From NCBI GenBank assembly GCA_963847625.1, contig CAWKAR010000034.1, positions 1 through 64,000 on the forward strand: DNA of 64,000 nt. Reading direction: 5' to 3'. The position numbers and the translations under genes were made by a program. This DNA is from a candidate division FCPU426 bacterium (GTDB lineage Bacteria > Oederibacteriota > Muellerivitia > Muellerivitales > Muellerivitaceae). The notes beneath the pieces are model-generated. The model did not search any database. It was given only the letters and a program-made list of their open reading frames with translations, and was not told where the DNA came from. This document shows positions 44,060 through 53,452 of the stretch, one piece after another. Within the stretch, counting starts at the first letter, position 1. The number at the start of each line of letters is the position of its first letter.

Positions 44060-44401
44060 AAGCGATTCCTTTCCCTGCTAAAGGTTTTTACGGCAACGGC
44101 GCATTATTGACAAAAGACATCCTGATTAGGATGACGAGCATCATATCGGAACCCCTAATATTTCGTTCTCTTTACGTTTTATTGGGTGAAATTTTAAATG
44201 CAGATTACAAAAAACATCAATTTCTCCAAAGCTGGCGCCCAAAATCAAAAAAAGGGCCGCAAAACAGGTGAAAGGTGAAAAAAGGAAAACTAAAAAAATA
44301 AGATTTTGGTAAAGACTTTATTGAATGGAGTATTTTGTCATAGGAAAAATCATTTTTCATTAAATTTGGTAATAAAAGGCAGGAAAGAGGGTCTTATTCT
44401 T

Positions 44402-45166
44402 TTAGGGTTGAGGCATATTGAATTGTGTGCTCACCATCCCGTGGAAAGCGATGGAACCGACATGGGTCAGACGGCTTTCCAAATCAATCCAGATTTGCCC
44501 GCCCATATCCGTCCAGCGGCGGCAGAAACTGAAATCCTCGCTTAAATAGGTCCCAGTGTCCTTATCAATGATGCAGTTGAAGAGTGCGCACCGGTACTTA
44601 CTGTTTCTCAGGGGATCATCCGCCTGGTGTTCGCGGTTGTAGGATAAATCCTTGTAACGCTCGACCATCCGCTGGAGGGCATCCCGCTTGATCATGAGGA
44701 ATCCGCATCCGCAATAACGCGCCTTGGCGAATCCGCCCCGGGTCTCAATCCGTTGAGGGTCCTCGAATTCCAGCACGTAGGAAAGGGACGCGGACTCCAA
44801 GGGGACCTTTCCCTCCTTCGCGAAGGAGCTGACTTTCGTCCAGTCGATGCGTTTGGTTGGATAAACCCCCGCCGCCACGTCCACTCCGAAATCCAGGAGG
44901 CGGAAAACCTGCTCGGGGTCGAAAGAAATGTCCGAGTCGATGAAAAGAAGATGGGTGGCCGTGCCGTTTTCCAGGAAATGCGCCGCCAGATCCTGCCGTG
45001 CCCGGGGGATGAGGGCGTCTCCCGAGGGCATCAGAACCGTGAATTCAACATCCCCCCGTTTTTGGCAAGCGTGTAGCAGCCTCAAGAGCGATGTGGCATA
45101 AAGGGAGTTCACTTTGCCGTCCAGGCAGGGGGTTCCGACAACCAAATGGGTTCGAATGTTCGGCAA
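44402..45166 (-). CDS. GT-A fold glycosyltransferase-like protein
   Basis: VGTPC, ALIPRAR, THLLFIDSDI (DxD), GVYP.K, GCGFLMIKR, YLSEDFSFCRRW, LTHVG. Confidence 0.7.
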   Translation of the reverse strand: MPNIRTHLVVGTPCLDGKVNSLYATSLLRLLHACQKRGDVEFTVLMPSGDALIPRARQDLAAHFLENGTATHLLFIDSDISFDPEQVFRLLDFGVDVAAGVYPTKRIDWTKVSSFAKEGKVPLESASLSYVLEFEDPQRIETRGGFAKARYCGCGFLMIKRDALQRMVERYKDLSYNREHQADDPLRNSKYRCALFNCIIDKDTGTYLSEDFSFCRRWTDMGGQIWIDLESRLTHVGSIAFHGMVSTQFNMPQP

Positions 45167-45396
45167 GAGATAGTCCTTAGTAAGAATGACAGCCCGCCTA
45201 GTTTAACGGATGAATTTCCCCCTGGCAATCAACCGGTCCACCCCACTCCATCCTTGAAAAAAGCCTACCAACCTCAGCCAGTTCTCTCTCCGGGCTATTC
45301 TCCCGAGGCATTGTCAATGGCCTGATTCCGAGTGATTGAGGCTGGTAAGGCTGGGGATCCCCTTGGGATATTCCCCGGTTTCAATGAAATAGGGGC

Positions 45397-45996
45397 CTAC
45401 TTGGAAATCATGAAAAGGGCCAGTTGGGCAAAGAGATTAGGGAAAAAGCGGACGCGCTTGGTCCCGTCCAAAAAGGCTCTTTTCTCGATTCGAATCCCCT
45501 TATTCCGGCAATAGTGGTGGAAATCCGAGATGGAAACCGAGTGCAGGTTGGGAGTCTCATACCACATGAAAGGAAGGGCCTTGGTAACAGGGGTTTTCCC
45601 CAGAAAAAAGATCTGAAGGCGGGATTTATAATAGGTGAAATTGGGAAACCCCACGATGACTTTCTTTCCGACCCGGAGCGCGCTATCCAACGCCCGGTCC
45701 ACATGCAGGATCTGCTGGAAGGTCTGGTCCAGGATGGCGTAATCAAAAGCGCCGTTCTGGTAGTCGGTCAGCCCGCCTTCGATGTCGTCGTGGAAGACGT
45801 TCAGGCCCTTGGCCACGCATTTGTAAATGGCCTGCTCGTCGATTTCCACGCCCTGGCCCTTCACGTTCTTTTCCTTGATGAGGTGGTAAAGCAGTTCCCC
45901 GTCCCCGCACCCCAGGTCCAGCACCGAGCTTCCCGGCTCGATCCACTCCAGGATGACCTTGTGGTCCGGCTCTAATCCGTTAGATTTCGTATTCAT
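45397..45996 (-). CDS. metW: Methionine biosynthesis protein MetW
   Basis: WIEPGSSVLDLGCGDGELL, IVGFPNF, LPFMWYETPNLH; follows metX. Confidence 0.94.
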   Translation of the reverse strand: MNTKSNGLEPDHKVILEWIEPGSSVLDLGCGDGELLYHLIKEKNVKGQGVEIDEQAIYKCVAKGLNVFHDDIEGGLTDYQNGAFDYAILDQTFQQILHVDRALDSALRVGKKVIVGFPNFTYYKSRLQIFFLGKTPVTKALPFMWYETPNLHSVSISDFHHYCRNKGIRIEKRAFLDGTKRVRFFPNLFAQLALFMISK

Positions 45997-47140
45997 CAGT
46001 CACCTGGTACCCGTGGAAGACTTTCTTGAGGAAATGTTTGATCAAATGGGTTTCCTCCGCCACCTCCAGCAGGAAGGCGTCGTGGCCGTAGTTGGAGTCG
46101 ATTTCGCAATAGCTGGCTTGCACCCCGGCGAGCTTGCAGGCCTTGACGATCTCCTGGGACTGGTAGAGTGGATAAAGCCAGTCGGACTTGAACCCGATCA
46201 CCAGCACTTTCAAGTTCTTCCCCCGGAGGGATTGCTGGAAAGGCCTCTCCGCCGAGGCGTCGAAATTGTCCATGGCCTTGGTGATGTAGAGATAGGAATT
46301 GGCGTCGAACCGCTTGACGAAATTGTCGCCGCGATAGCGCAGGTAGCCTTCCACCTCGAAATCCGCCGTGAATTTTTCCGCGCCCGTACGCGCCTTTTTC
46401 TGCCGTCCGAACTTCTCGGCCATGGAGGCGTCGCTCATGTAAGTGATGTGCCCCACCATGCGGGCCACCGAAAGGCCCTTGGCTGGGGACGGACCGCCGT
46501 AATAATTCCCGCCGTTCCAATCCGGATCCGCCATGATGGCCTGTCGTCCCACCTCGTCGAAGGCGATCTGCTGGGGGGAATGCTTGATGGCGGTGGCGAT
46601 GGGGATGGCGCTTTGAAGAGCCTCCGGGTATTTCGCCATCCAGGAAAGAACCTGCATGCCGCCCATGGATCCGCCGGAAAGCGAAAGCAGCTTTCGGATG
46701 CCCAAATGCTCCAAAAGCTGTTTCTGGCAATCCACCATGTCACCGATGCTTACCAGGGGGAAATCCAGGCCGTAAGGCTTGCCGGTCTTCGGGTTGGGGC
46801 TGGAGGGCCCTGTGGAGCCTTTGCAGCCCCCGATGATGTTCGAGCAGACAACGAAGTATTGGTCGGTATCGAAGGCCTTGCCCGGGCCGATCATGTCGTC
46901 CCACCAGCCCGGCTCCTTGTCCCCTTCGTGCCACCCGGCCGCGTGGGCGTCCCCCGAAAAAGCATGCGGGACCAGGATGGCGTTGGACTTCTCCGCGTTC
47001 AGGGTCCCGTAGGTCTCGTAAACCTGCGTGACAGGCCCCAGCCACTCGCCGTTCTCAAGGGTCAGCCCCTCGAACTCGAAGGACTTGGTCTCCACCAAGC
47101 CCAACCCCGGTCCTGCTTGCTTGTCCTCCACTTCGTTCAT
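45980..47140 (-). CDS. metX: Homoserine O-acetyltransferase
   Basis: [53 protein letters not shown]. Confidence 0.96.
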   Translation of the reverse strand: MNEVEDKQAGPGLGLVETKSFEFEGLTLENGEWLGPVTQVYETYGTLNAEKSNAILVPHAFSGDAHAAGWHEGDKEPGWWDDMIGPGKAFDTDQYFVVCSNIIGGCKGSTGPSSPNPKTGKPYGLDFPLVSIGDMVDCQKQLLEHLGIRKLLSLSGGSMGGMQVLSWMAKYPEALQSAIPIATAIKHSPQQIAFDEVGRQAIMADPDWNGGNYYGGPSPAKGLSVARMVGHITYMSDASMAEKFGRQKKARTGAEKFTADFEVEGYLRYRGDNFVKRFDANSYLYITKAMDNFDASAERPFQQSLRGKNLKVLVIGFKSDWLYPLYQSQEIVKACKLAGVQASYCEIDSNYGHDAFLLEVAEETHLIKHFLKKVFHGYQVTDEYEI

Positions 47141-48072
47141 CCTTTCGCCTCCTCAAAAAGCCAGGTGGAAAGATAGCGTTCGCCCGTGTCTGGCACAATC
47201 ACGACAATCATCTTTCCCTTGTTCTCGGGCCGCTTCGCAACTTGGATCGCCGCCCAAACAGCTGCACCGCAGGAAATACCGGCCAGGATTCCTTCTTTCA
47301 GGGCCAGCTGGCGTGCTATATCGCCGGCATTCTCCTGGGTGACCCGGATGACTTCATCGATGATTTCCCGGTTCAGGACCGCGGGGATAAAACCCGCTCC
47401 GAGGCCCTGGATTTTGTGGGGCGCCGGAGACCCGCCTGACAACACCGGCGAGGCGTCGGGTTCCACCGCGATGGCTTTGAAGGAAGGTTTGCGTTTTTTG
47501 ATGACTTCCGCCACTCCCGTGATGGTGCCGCCCGTGCCCACCCCGGAAACAAGGATGTCCACCTTGCCGTCGGTGTCCGCCCAGATTTCTTCCGCCGTGG
47601 TCTTGCGGTGGACTTCCGGATTCGCCGGATTGTTGAATTGCTGGGGAATGAAGCTGTTGGGAGTCGTCTTGGCCAGTTCCTCGGCTTTCTCGATCGCCCC
47701 TTTCATTCCCTTCGGCCCTTCGGTTAAGACCAGCTCGGCGCCTAAAATTTTCAAGAGCTGACGTCTCTCCAAACTCATGGTTTCCGGCATGGTGAGGATG
47801 AGCTTGTATCCCTTGGCGGCGGCGACGAATGCCAGGCCGATTCCCGTGTTGCCGCTGGTAGGCTCAATGATAACGGAGTCCTTCTTGAGAACGCCGCGCT
47901 TTTCGGCGTCCTCGATCATCGCCAGGCCTATGCGGTCCTTCACGCTGGACAAGGGATTGAAGGATTCCAGCTTGGCCAGCACGGTCGCCACCGTCCCCTC
48001 GGCGATCCGGTTCAGCCGCACCAAGGGGGTACGGCCGATGGTCTTGGTTATATCTTCGTATATTTTAGCCAT
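47137..48072 (-). CDS. cysK: Cysteine synthase A
   Basis: [55 protein letters not shown]. Confidence 0.96.
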   Translation of the reverse strand: MAKIYEDITKTIGRTPLVRLNRIAEGTVATVLAKLESFNPLSSVKDRIGLAMIEDAEKRGVLKKDSVIIEPTSGNTGIGLAFVAAAKGYKLILTMPETMSLERRQLLKILGAELVLTEGPKGMKGAIEKAEELAKTTPNSFIPQQFNNPANPEVHRKTTAEEIWADTDGKVDILVSGVGTGGTITGVAEVIKKRKPSFKAIAVEPDASPVLSGGSPAPHKIQGLGAGFIPAVLNREIIDEVIRVTQENAGDIARQLALKEGILAGISCGAAVWAAIQVAKRPENKGKMIVVIVPDTGERYLSTWLFEEAKG

Positions 48073-48080
48073 GTTTCACC

Positions 48081-49394
<1,314 letters not shown>

Positions 49395-49517
49395 TCATAT
49401 GTAGGCCCAGGATTATTTCCTGGGGTCTTGCCGGATTTTCCAGTGGACTGGTAAATCGACATTTTGCAGGTTAATCATGGGTCCGGTTCGTCCGGTCCCG
49501 TTTTCATTTCCCAAAAA

Positions 49518-49706
49518 CTAAATACCGGCTCCCCCTTCCAATTTCCAAACGTCATCGAAGCGTTTGCGTTCCGTCACCTCGATTTGGATGATTTTTGATT
49601 CATGGACCTTAATGGTGACCACCCCATACTCCAGGGACCCGACCGCGTTCCCAATGTCCCGGAGGATGGAATCATTCAGTAATTTCTTGTTTCCTTCCCG
49701 AGTCAT
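49518..49706 (-). CDS. YezD/DUF2292 (OscA-like) small protein
   Basis: I..AV..LEYGVVTIKVHESKIIQIEVTERKRF signature; heads a sulfur amino-acid operon; GGGGAG RBS. Confidence 0.85.
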   Translation of the reverse strand: MTREGNKKLLNDSILRDIGNAVGSLEYGVVTIKVHESKIIQIEVTERKRFDDVWKLEGGAGI

Positions 49707-49725
49707 TGGCTTCTCCCCTTTTTCT

Positions 49726-49856
49726 AAAAAAAATCCCAAACCACTTTGGAGCGGTTTGGGATTATGAAAGTCTCAATAATCTTTCGCCGCTTTAGCACCC
49801 TGTTTTTCCATTTTTGACGGGAAACCGCAAAATGGAACCGGCCGGAGCAAGTTGGT
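49726..49856 (-). ncRNA. Putative cis-regulatory RNA leader, proximal copy, with intrinsic terminator
   Basis: CCAACUUGCUCCGGC-[hairpin]-AACAGGGUGCUAAAGCGG-N-GAGAC, then terminator AAUCCCAAACCGCU/AGUGGUUUGGGAUU-U6. Confidence 0.75.
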
Positions 49857-50023
49857 TCAATAAAGGGTGTTCCAATCATTCAATTACTAGTTGGAATCAC
49901 CCTGAATTGCCAGGGGTGAGAAAAAAATATTTCAATTTTTTCCCGAAAAAGCCTTCATTTTCGGCTTTTCATCCGCCTGTTAAAGTCACGCCGTAAAACC
50001 TTCGTTTTAAAATTTTCTGCCGC

Positions 50024-50160
50024 AAAACAAAAAACCCGCGTCGCTTTTTAAGCGGCTCGGGTTTAGGAGTGTCTCGTAAACTTTTACCGCTTTAGCTCCC
50101 TGTTGATCCCGTCTCCTTGAAAGCTTCGTCAAGGGCGGGAAACGCCGGGGCAAGTTGGAC
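50024..50160 (-). ncRNA. Putative cis-regulatory RNA leader, distal copy, with intrinsic terminator
   Basis: CCAACUUGCCCCGGC-[hairpin]-AACAGGGAGCUAAAGCGG-N-GAGAC, then terminator CCCGAGCCGCUU/AAGCGACGCGGG-U6. Confidence 0.75.
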
Positions 50161-50188
50161 CTTAACGCCTCGCGTTTAACTTGATTGA

Positions 50189-50217
50189 AGTCTACCGTTG
50201 GGTCAAAGATTTGTCAA
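50189..50217 (-). promoter_or_regulatory. Sigma70-type promoter of the yezD-met-cys operon
   Basis: Minus strand TTGACA-17 bp-TAGACT, about 30 bp upstream of the distal leader. Confidence 0.75.
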
Positions 50218-50275
50218 CGGCTGGACAAATTATTTATGTCGAATTTTAATTTCACTACTCAGGAATAAAAAGTAA

Positions 50276-50458
50276 CTAAGTTTCGCTTTCGGAACCGCCT
50301 TCCAGGATTTCCATGGTTTTCTCTAGGAAACCGTCAGGCAGGACGCGTTTTTTCCTGGCCCTTATCCAATCCCGGGCCCACATTGAATGGCGATTCAGGA
50401 AGTTTAAATCCGCTTGATCCAAGCGGCTCAACCAATCCTCAAAAGATTGATAATCCAT
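50276..50458 (-). CDS. Small hypothetical protein
   Basis: GAGG RBS, then MDYQSFEDWLSRLD (60 aa) downstream of the preceding gene. Confidence 0.45.
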   Translation of the reverse strand: MDYQSFEDWLSRLDQADLNFLNRHSMWARDWIRARKKRVLPDGFLEKTMEILEGGSESET

Positions 50459-50507
50459 GGAGCCGTCCGGCCTCAATAATGAATTTTTCGCTTTGGCGTA
50501 CTCCGAA

Positions 50508-51707
50508 TTAGTTACCCGGATTTCCGCCGGTAGGGTTCCCGTCCGAATCAAACAACGCGAAGGTTCCATCATTATATTCCAGCATCACCTGCAGGGGTTT
50601 GCCGTTGCTGGTGTTGGAAAATTTCACCTTCGTGACGTTCGAACCCAGGAAAGCCGGTTTGTTATCCACCCCCACGTCCGCCGTGTCATAGAGGAACGCG
50701 TCGTTCCCGACGACTTTAACCATCCGGGACCCATCCTGGCTTCGGTATTCCATGGAGGCGGTTCCGCCCGGCATTTCCGTGTTGGTGGAAGTAGAGGGAA
50801 CATAACTACCGTTGTTATAAACGCACACAACTTCCGCGCGAGAAGGATCGTTCCACCACCAATTACCCCCCCACCAGTAGCACCACCTAAAGGAAACCGG
50901 GTCGTACCACCACCAATAATTATTCCAGTGACGGGTCCAGAAATAGGAGCCGCCGACGTACCAGCCATACCAGTGGTAACCCCAGGGGTCGTAGTAATGG
51001 CAGTAGTTGAAACCGTTGTAGGAATGCCAGTAATAATTATTCCTTACGAGTTCAACGTTGTTAAAATTGGTGATCTGGGCCCTGAAGGCGATGTTCGTGT
51101 TAACCAGGCTCATATGGTTCCGAACCACCAAGTTATTCATGGCCCGAGGCTCGATGAGGGTGGCGTGCAAGGGACGGCCCTGGGGACCTGAGGTGGGATA
51201 GGCAATTTTCGAATGTGCCCGGTCAGCCTGGAGAATTTGATGTTGATCCTTAAAAGCCGGCGGAAGTTTTTTCACGCCCATACGCTGAAGGGAGGGATTG
51301 ATCCGCCCCGCCGCGGAATTTTGGCTGTGTTTGAATCCAGCCCCCGCATTCATCGAGGGATTTTTCCCTGAAGGAACGGGCCGGGACGCGTTGTTAAAAT
51401 GGTGAAGGGCCGGAGCGCTCTTCATAGCCCCCGAAGTATTCTGGTTTCCACGGGGGGAGTTATTAAAATGATGCCCTCCTGAAGCCGGAGCGGCTTGGAA
51501 ATGGGCGCCTCCAGTTTTTCGATTTTGGAAATTCCCGCGGGGTTTGGCTGGGCGGGCTTTCTTAGGGGACTTCTGGTAATGACCCTTTCCTCCTCCCGAC
51601 TTGATCCCCCCCCCGCCTTCATCGCCATTGCGTTTTAAATCTTGTCCCTGCGCGGGAAAACTGACCGCCAAGAAAAGAATCGCTAAAACCGCCCATGTCT
51701 TGTTCAT
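50508..51707 (-). CDS. Secreted hypothetical protein with Gly/Lys-rich N-terminus and Trp/Tyr-rich core
   Basis: Signal peptide MNKTWAVLAILFLAVSFPAQG; YYWH...WGYHWYGWY...YWWWYD...WCYWWGGNWWW. Confidence 0.8.
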   Translation of the reverse strand: MNKTWAVLAILFLAVSFPAQGQDLKRNGDEGGGGIKSGGGKGHYQKSPKKARPAKPRGNFQNRKTGGAHFQAAPASGGHHFNNSPRGNQNTSGAMKSAPALHHFNNASRPVPSGKNPSMNAGAGFKHSQNSAAGRINPSLQRMGVKKLPPAFKDQHQILQADRAHSKIAYPTSGPQGRPLHATLIEPRAMNNLVVRNHMSLVNTNIAFRAQITNFNNVELVRNNYYWHSYNGFNYCHYYDPWGYHWYGWYVGGSYFWTRHWNNYWWWYDPVSFRWCYWWGGNWWWNDPSRAEVVCVYNNGSYVPSTSTNTEMPGGTASMEYRSQDGSRMVKVVGNDAFLYDTADVGVDNKPAFLGSNVTKVKFSNTSNGKPLQVMLEYNDGTFALFDSDGNPTGGNPGN

Positions 51708-52162
51708 AGTTTTTCCACCTTGATTTTTTCTATTCTCACCATAGATTCATGGCGTCATCCGGAAAACCTCTATCTCATTCTTTGCCTATTTAGACGATTG
51801 AAAGAGCCTGGTAGTTTCGGTGAGCAGATCGAGACAGGTTTGAAAACCCTTTAAAAATCGACCACACTCGCTATTGTTTATATGAAATCGTCTTATCAAG
51901 GCAGTTATAACCTTTAGAAATATCTTGCTTATCATACGTCATTCAACAATCCAGGGAGTTATTAAAAAGTCGCTAGAGGCCGAACTGGCATTTCCTTTCT
52001 TTGGTCAGATGGACATATTACGAACCGATTCATTCCGCGTTAATTTTTTAAAGCCCCCCTGGCGGTGAAAGAGGAAAAGTTTCTTTAGGCATTGTTGTTT
52101 CAATATTTCCTTTTAAGTTATAATACGACCCGCTCTCATAACCGAAAGGATCATCAAGACTC

Positions 52163-53296
52163 ATGAAAATCCTCCTGGCTCCGGACAAATTCAAGGAAGT
52201 ATTAACAGCACAGGAACTTTCCGAAATCCTTCGGAACTTGATCCAAAAAAAGGTCCCCCAGGCCCAAATCCGCTTGTGCCCGGTTGCCGACGGGGGGGAA
52301 GGAACCCTCAATTCAATCATTTACCTTTTGAAGGGAAAATTGTTCACGGAAACGGTTTACGATCCCCTCATGCGGCCCAAGCAGGCCCAATATGGGATGG
52401 CTGATCTTCCTAAGAAAGGAACAGCCATTGTGGAAATGTCCCTGGCTTCCGGTCTTTATCACCTGACCCCAGCGGAAAGGAATCCGTTGGAAACCACCAG
52501 CTACGGGGTGGGTGAGTTGGTGGGCAACGCGGTCAAGCACGGCGCTACCCAAATAAAAATATTCATGGGTGGAAGCGCCACAGTGGACGGGGGCCTGGGT
52601 TTTCTTCAAGCCTTGGGCGCGATCCCAAGGGGAAGAAGTTCCCTTCCAAAAGGCCTATCCGGTAAACACCTTTCTTCCATTCTTTCAATCGATTTGGCCC
52701 CGGCCATTTTTCTTTTAAACGGCGTAACTTTGACTGGGCTCGTCGATGTCCAGGTTCCGTTATTGGGTGACCATGGTGCCGCCCGATTTTTCGGGCCTCA
52801 AAAGGGCGCTACCCCAGAGATGGTTGAAGAATTGGAAAAGGGTCTTTTTCACTGGGAAACAGTCCTCTCGGAAGCCTCCGGGCAATTATTGAAAAACAAC
52901 CCACGCTCCGGTGCGGCAGGCGGATTGGGCATGGCCATACTGGCTTTGGGCGGATCATTGGAAAAGGGTTTCGATTTCGTCGCCCAAACCTTGAAGTTGG
53001 AGGACCAAATGCGGGAATGCGATTTGGTCATTACAGGAGAGGGCTGGCTCGATTCAACCAGCCGTGAAGGCAAAGCACCGGTAGCCGTAGCCCGGATCGC
53101 GAAAAAACTGGGAATTCCTTGCGTGGTTATCGCCGGAACCGTCGATTCGGAAGTAAAATGGCTTTCCGAAGAGGGTATTTCGAAGGCCTACTCCCTTTTC
53201 GACACTCCTTTCGTAACCGACGATCCCCGCAAGCCTCAAGTTCCCCAGCGTTTGGCCGATATCATCTCCAAAATTTTTCCTCAAGGGAATATTTAA
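52163..53296 (+). CDS. glxK: Glycerate kinase (GlxK/GarK family)
   Basis: MKILLAPDKFK, PVADGGEGT, GGSATVDGG.G, FGPQKGA, GAAGGLG, LVITGEG.LD....GKAP. Confidence 0.94.
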   Translation: MKILLAPDKFKEVLTAQELSEILRNLIQKKVPQAQIRLCPVADGGEGTLNSIIYLLKGKLFTETVYDPLMRPKQAQYGMADLPKKGTAIVEMSLASGLYHLTPAERNPLETTSYGVGELVGNAVKHGATQIKIFMGGSATVDGGLGFLQALGAIPRGRSSLPKGLSGKHLSSILSIDLAPAIFLLNGVTLTGLVDVQVPLLGDHGAARFFGPQKGATPEMVEELEKGLFHWETVLSEASGQLLKNNPRSGAAGGLGMAILALGGSLEKGFDFVAQTLKLEDQMRECDLVITGEGWLDSTSREGKAPVAVARIAKKLGIPCVVIAGTVDSEVKWLSEEGISKAYSLFDTPFVTDDPRKPQVPQRLADIISKIFPQGNI

Positions 53297-53452
53297 TTTA
53301 TTTCGGATTCTTTTAGGGCAGAAAACCTTTCATCCAAATTCCCCCACCTCATAATCCCCAAATGCAAAATGGTAAACAAACTCATAAAAGTTGAAAGTTT
53401 TCAGGGAAAAGCGAGAAAGAAACTTCTAAAAAAGCGGGTTAAACCGGCGGGT

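Noticed and set aside
45255..45355. Imperfect inverted repeat AGCCTACCAACCTCA/TGAGGCTGGTAAGGCT after metW as an RNA gene
   Set aside because: The arms are short, the loop is long, and no RNA family features are recognisable; support is insufficient.
49726..50160. SAM-I riboswitch or T-box call for the tandem leaders
   Set aside because: The context fits, but the SAM-I core segments and the T-box antiterminator bulge sequence are not present; left unassigned.
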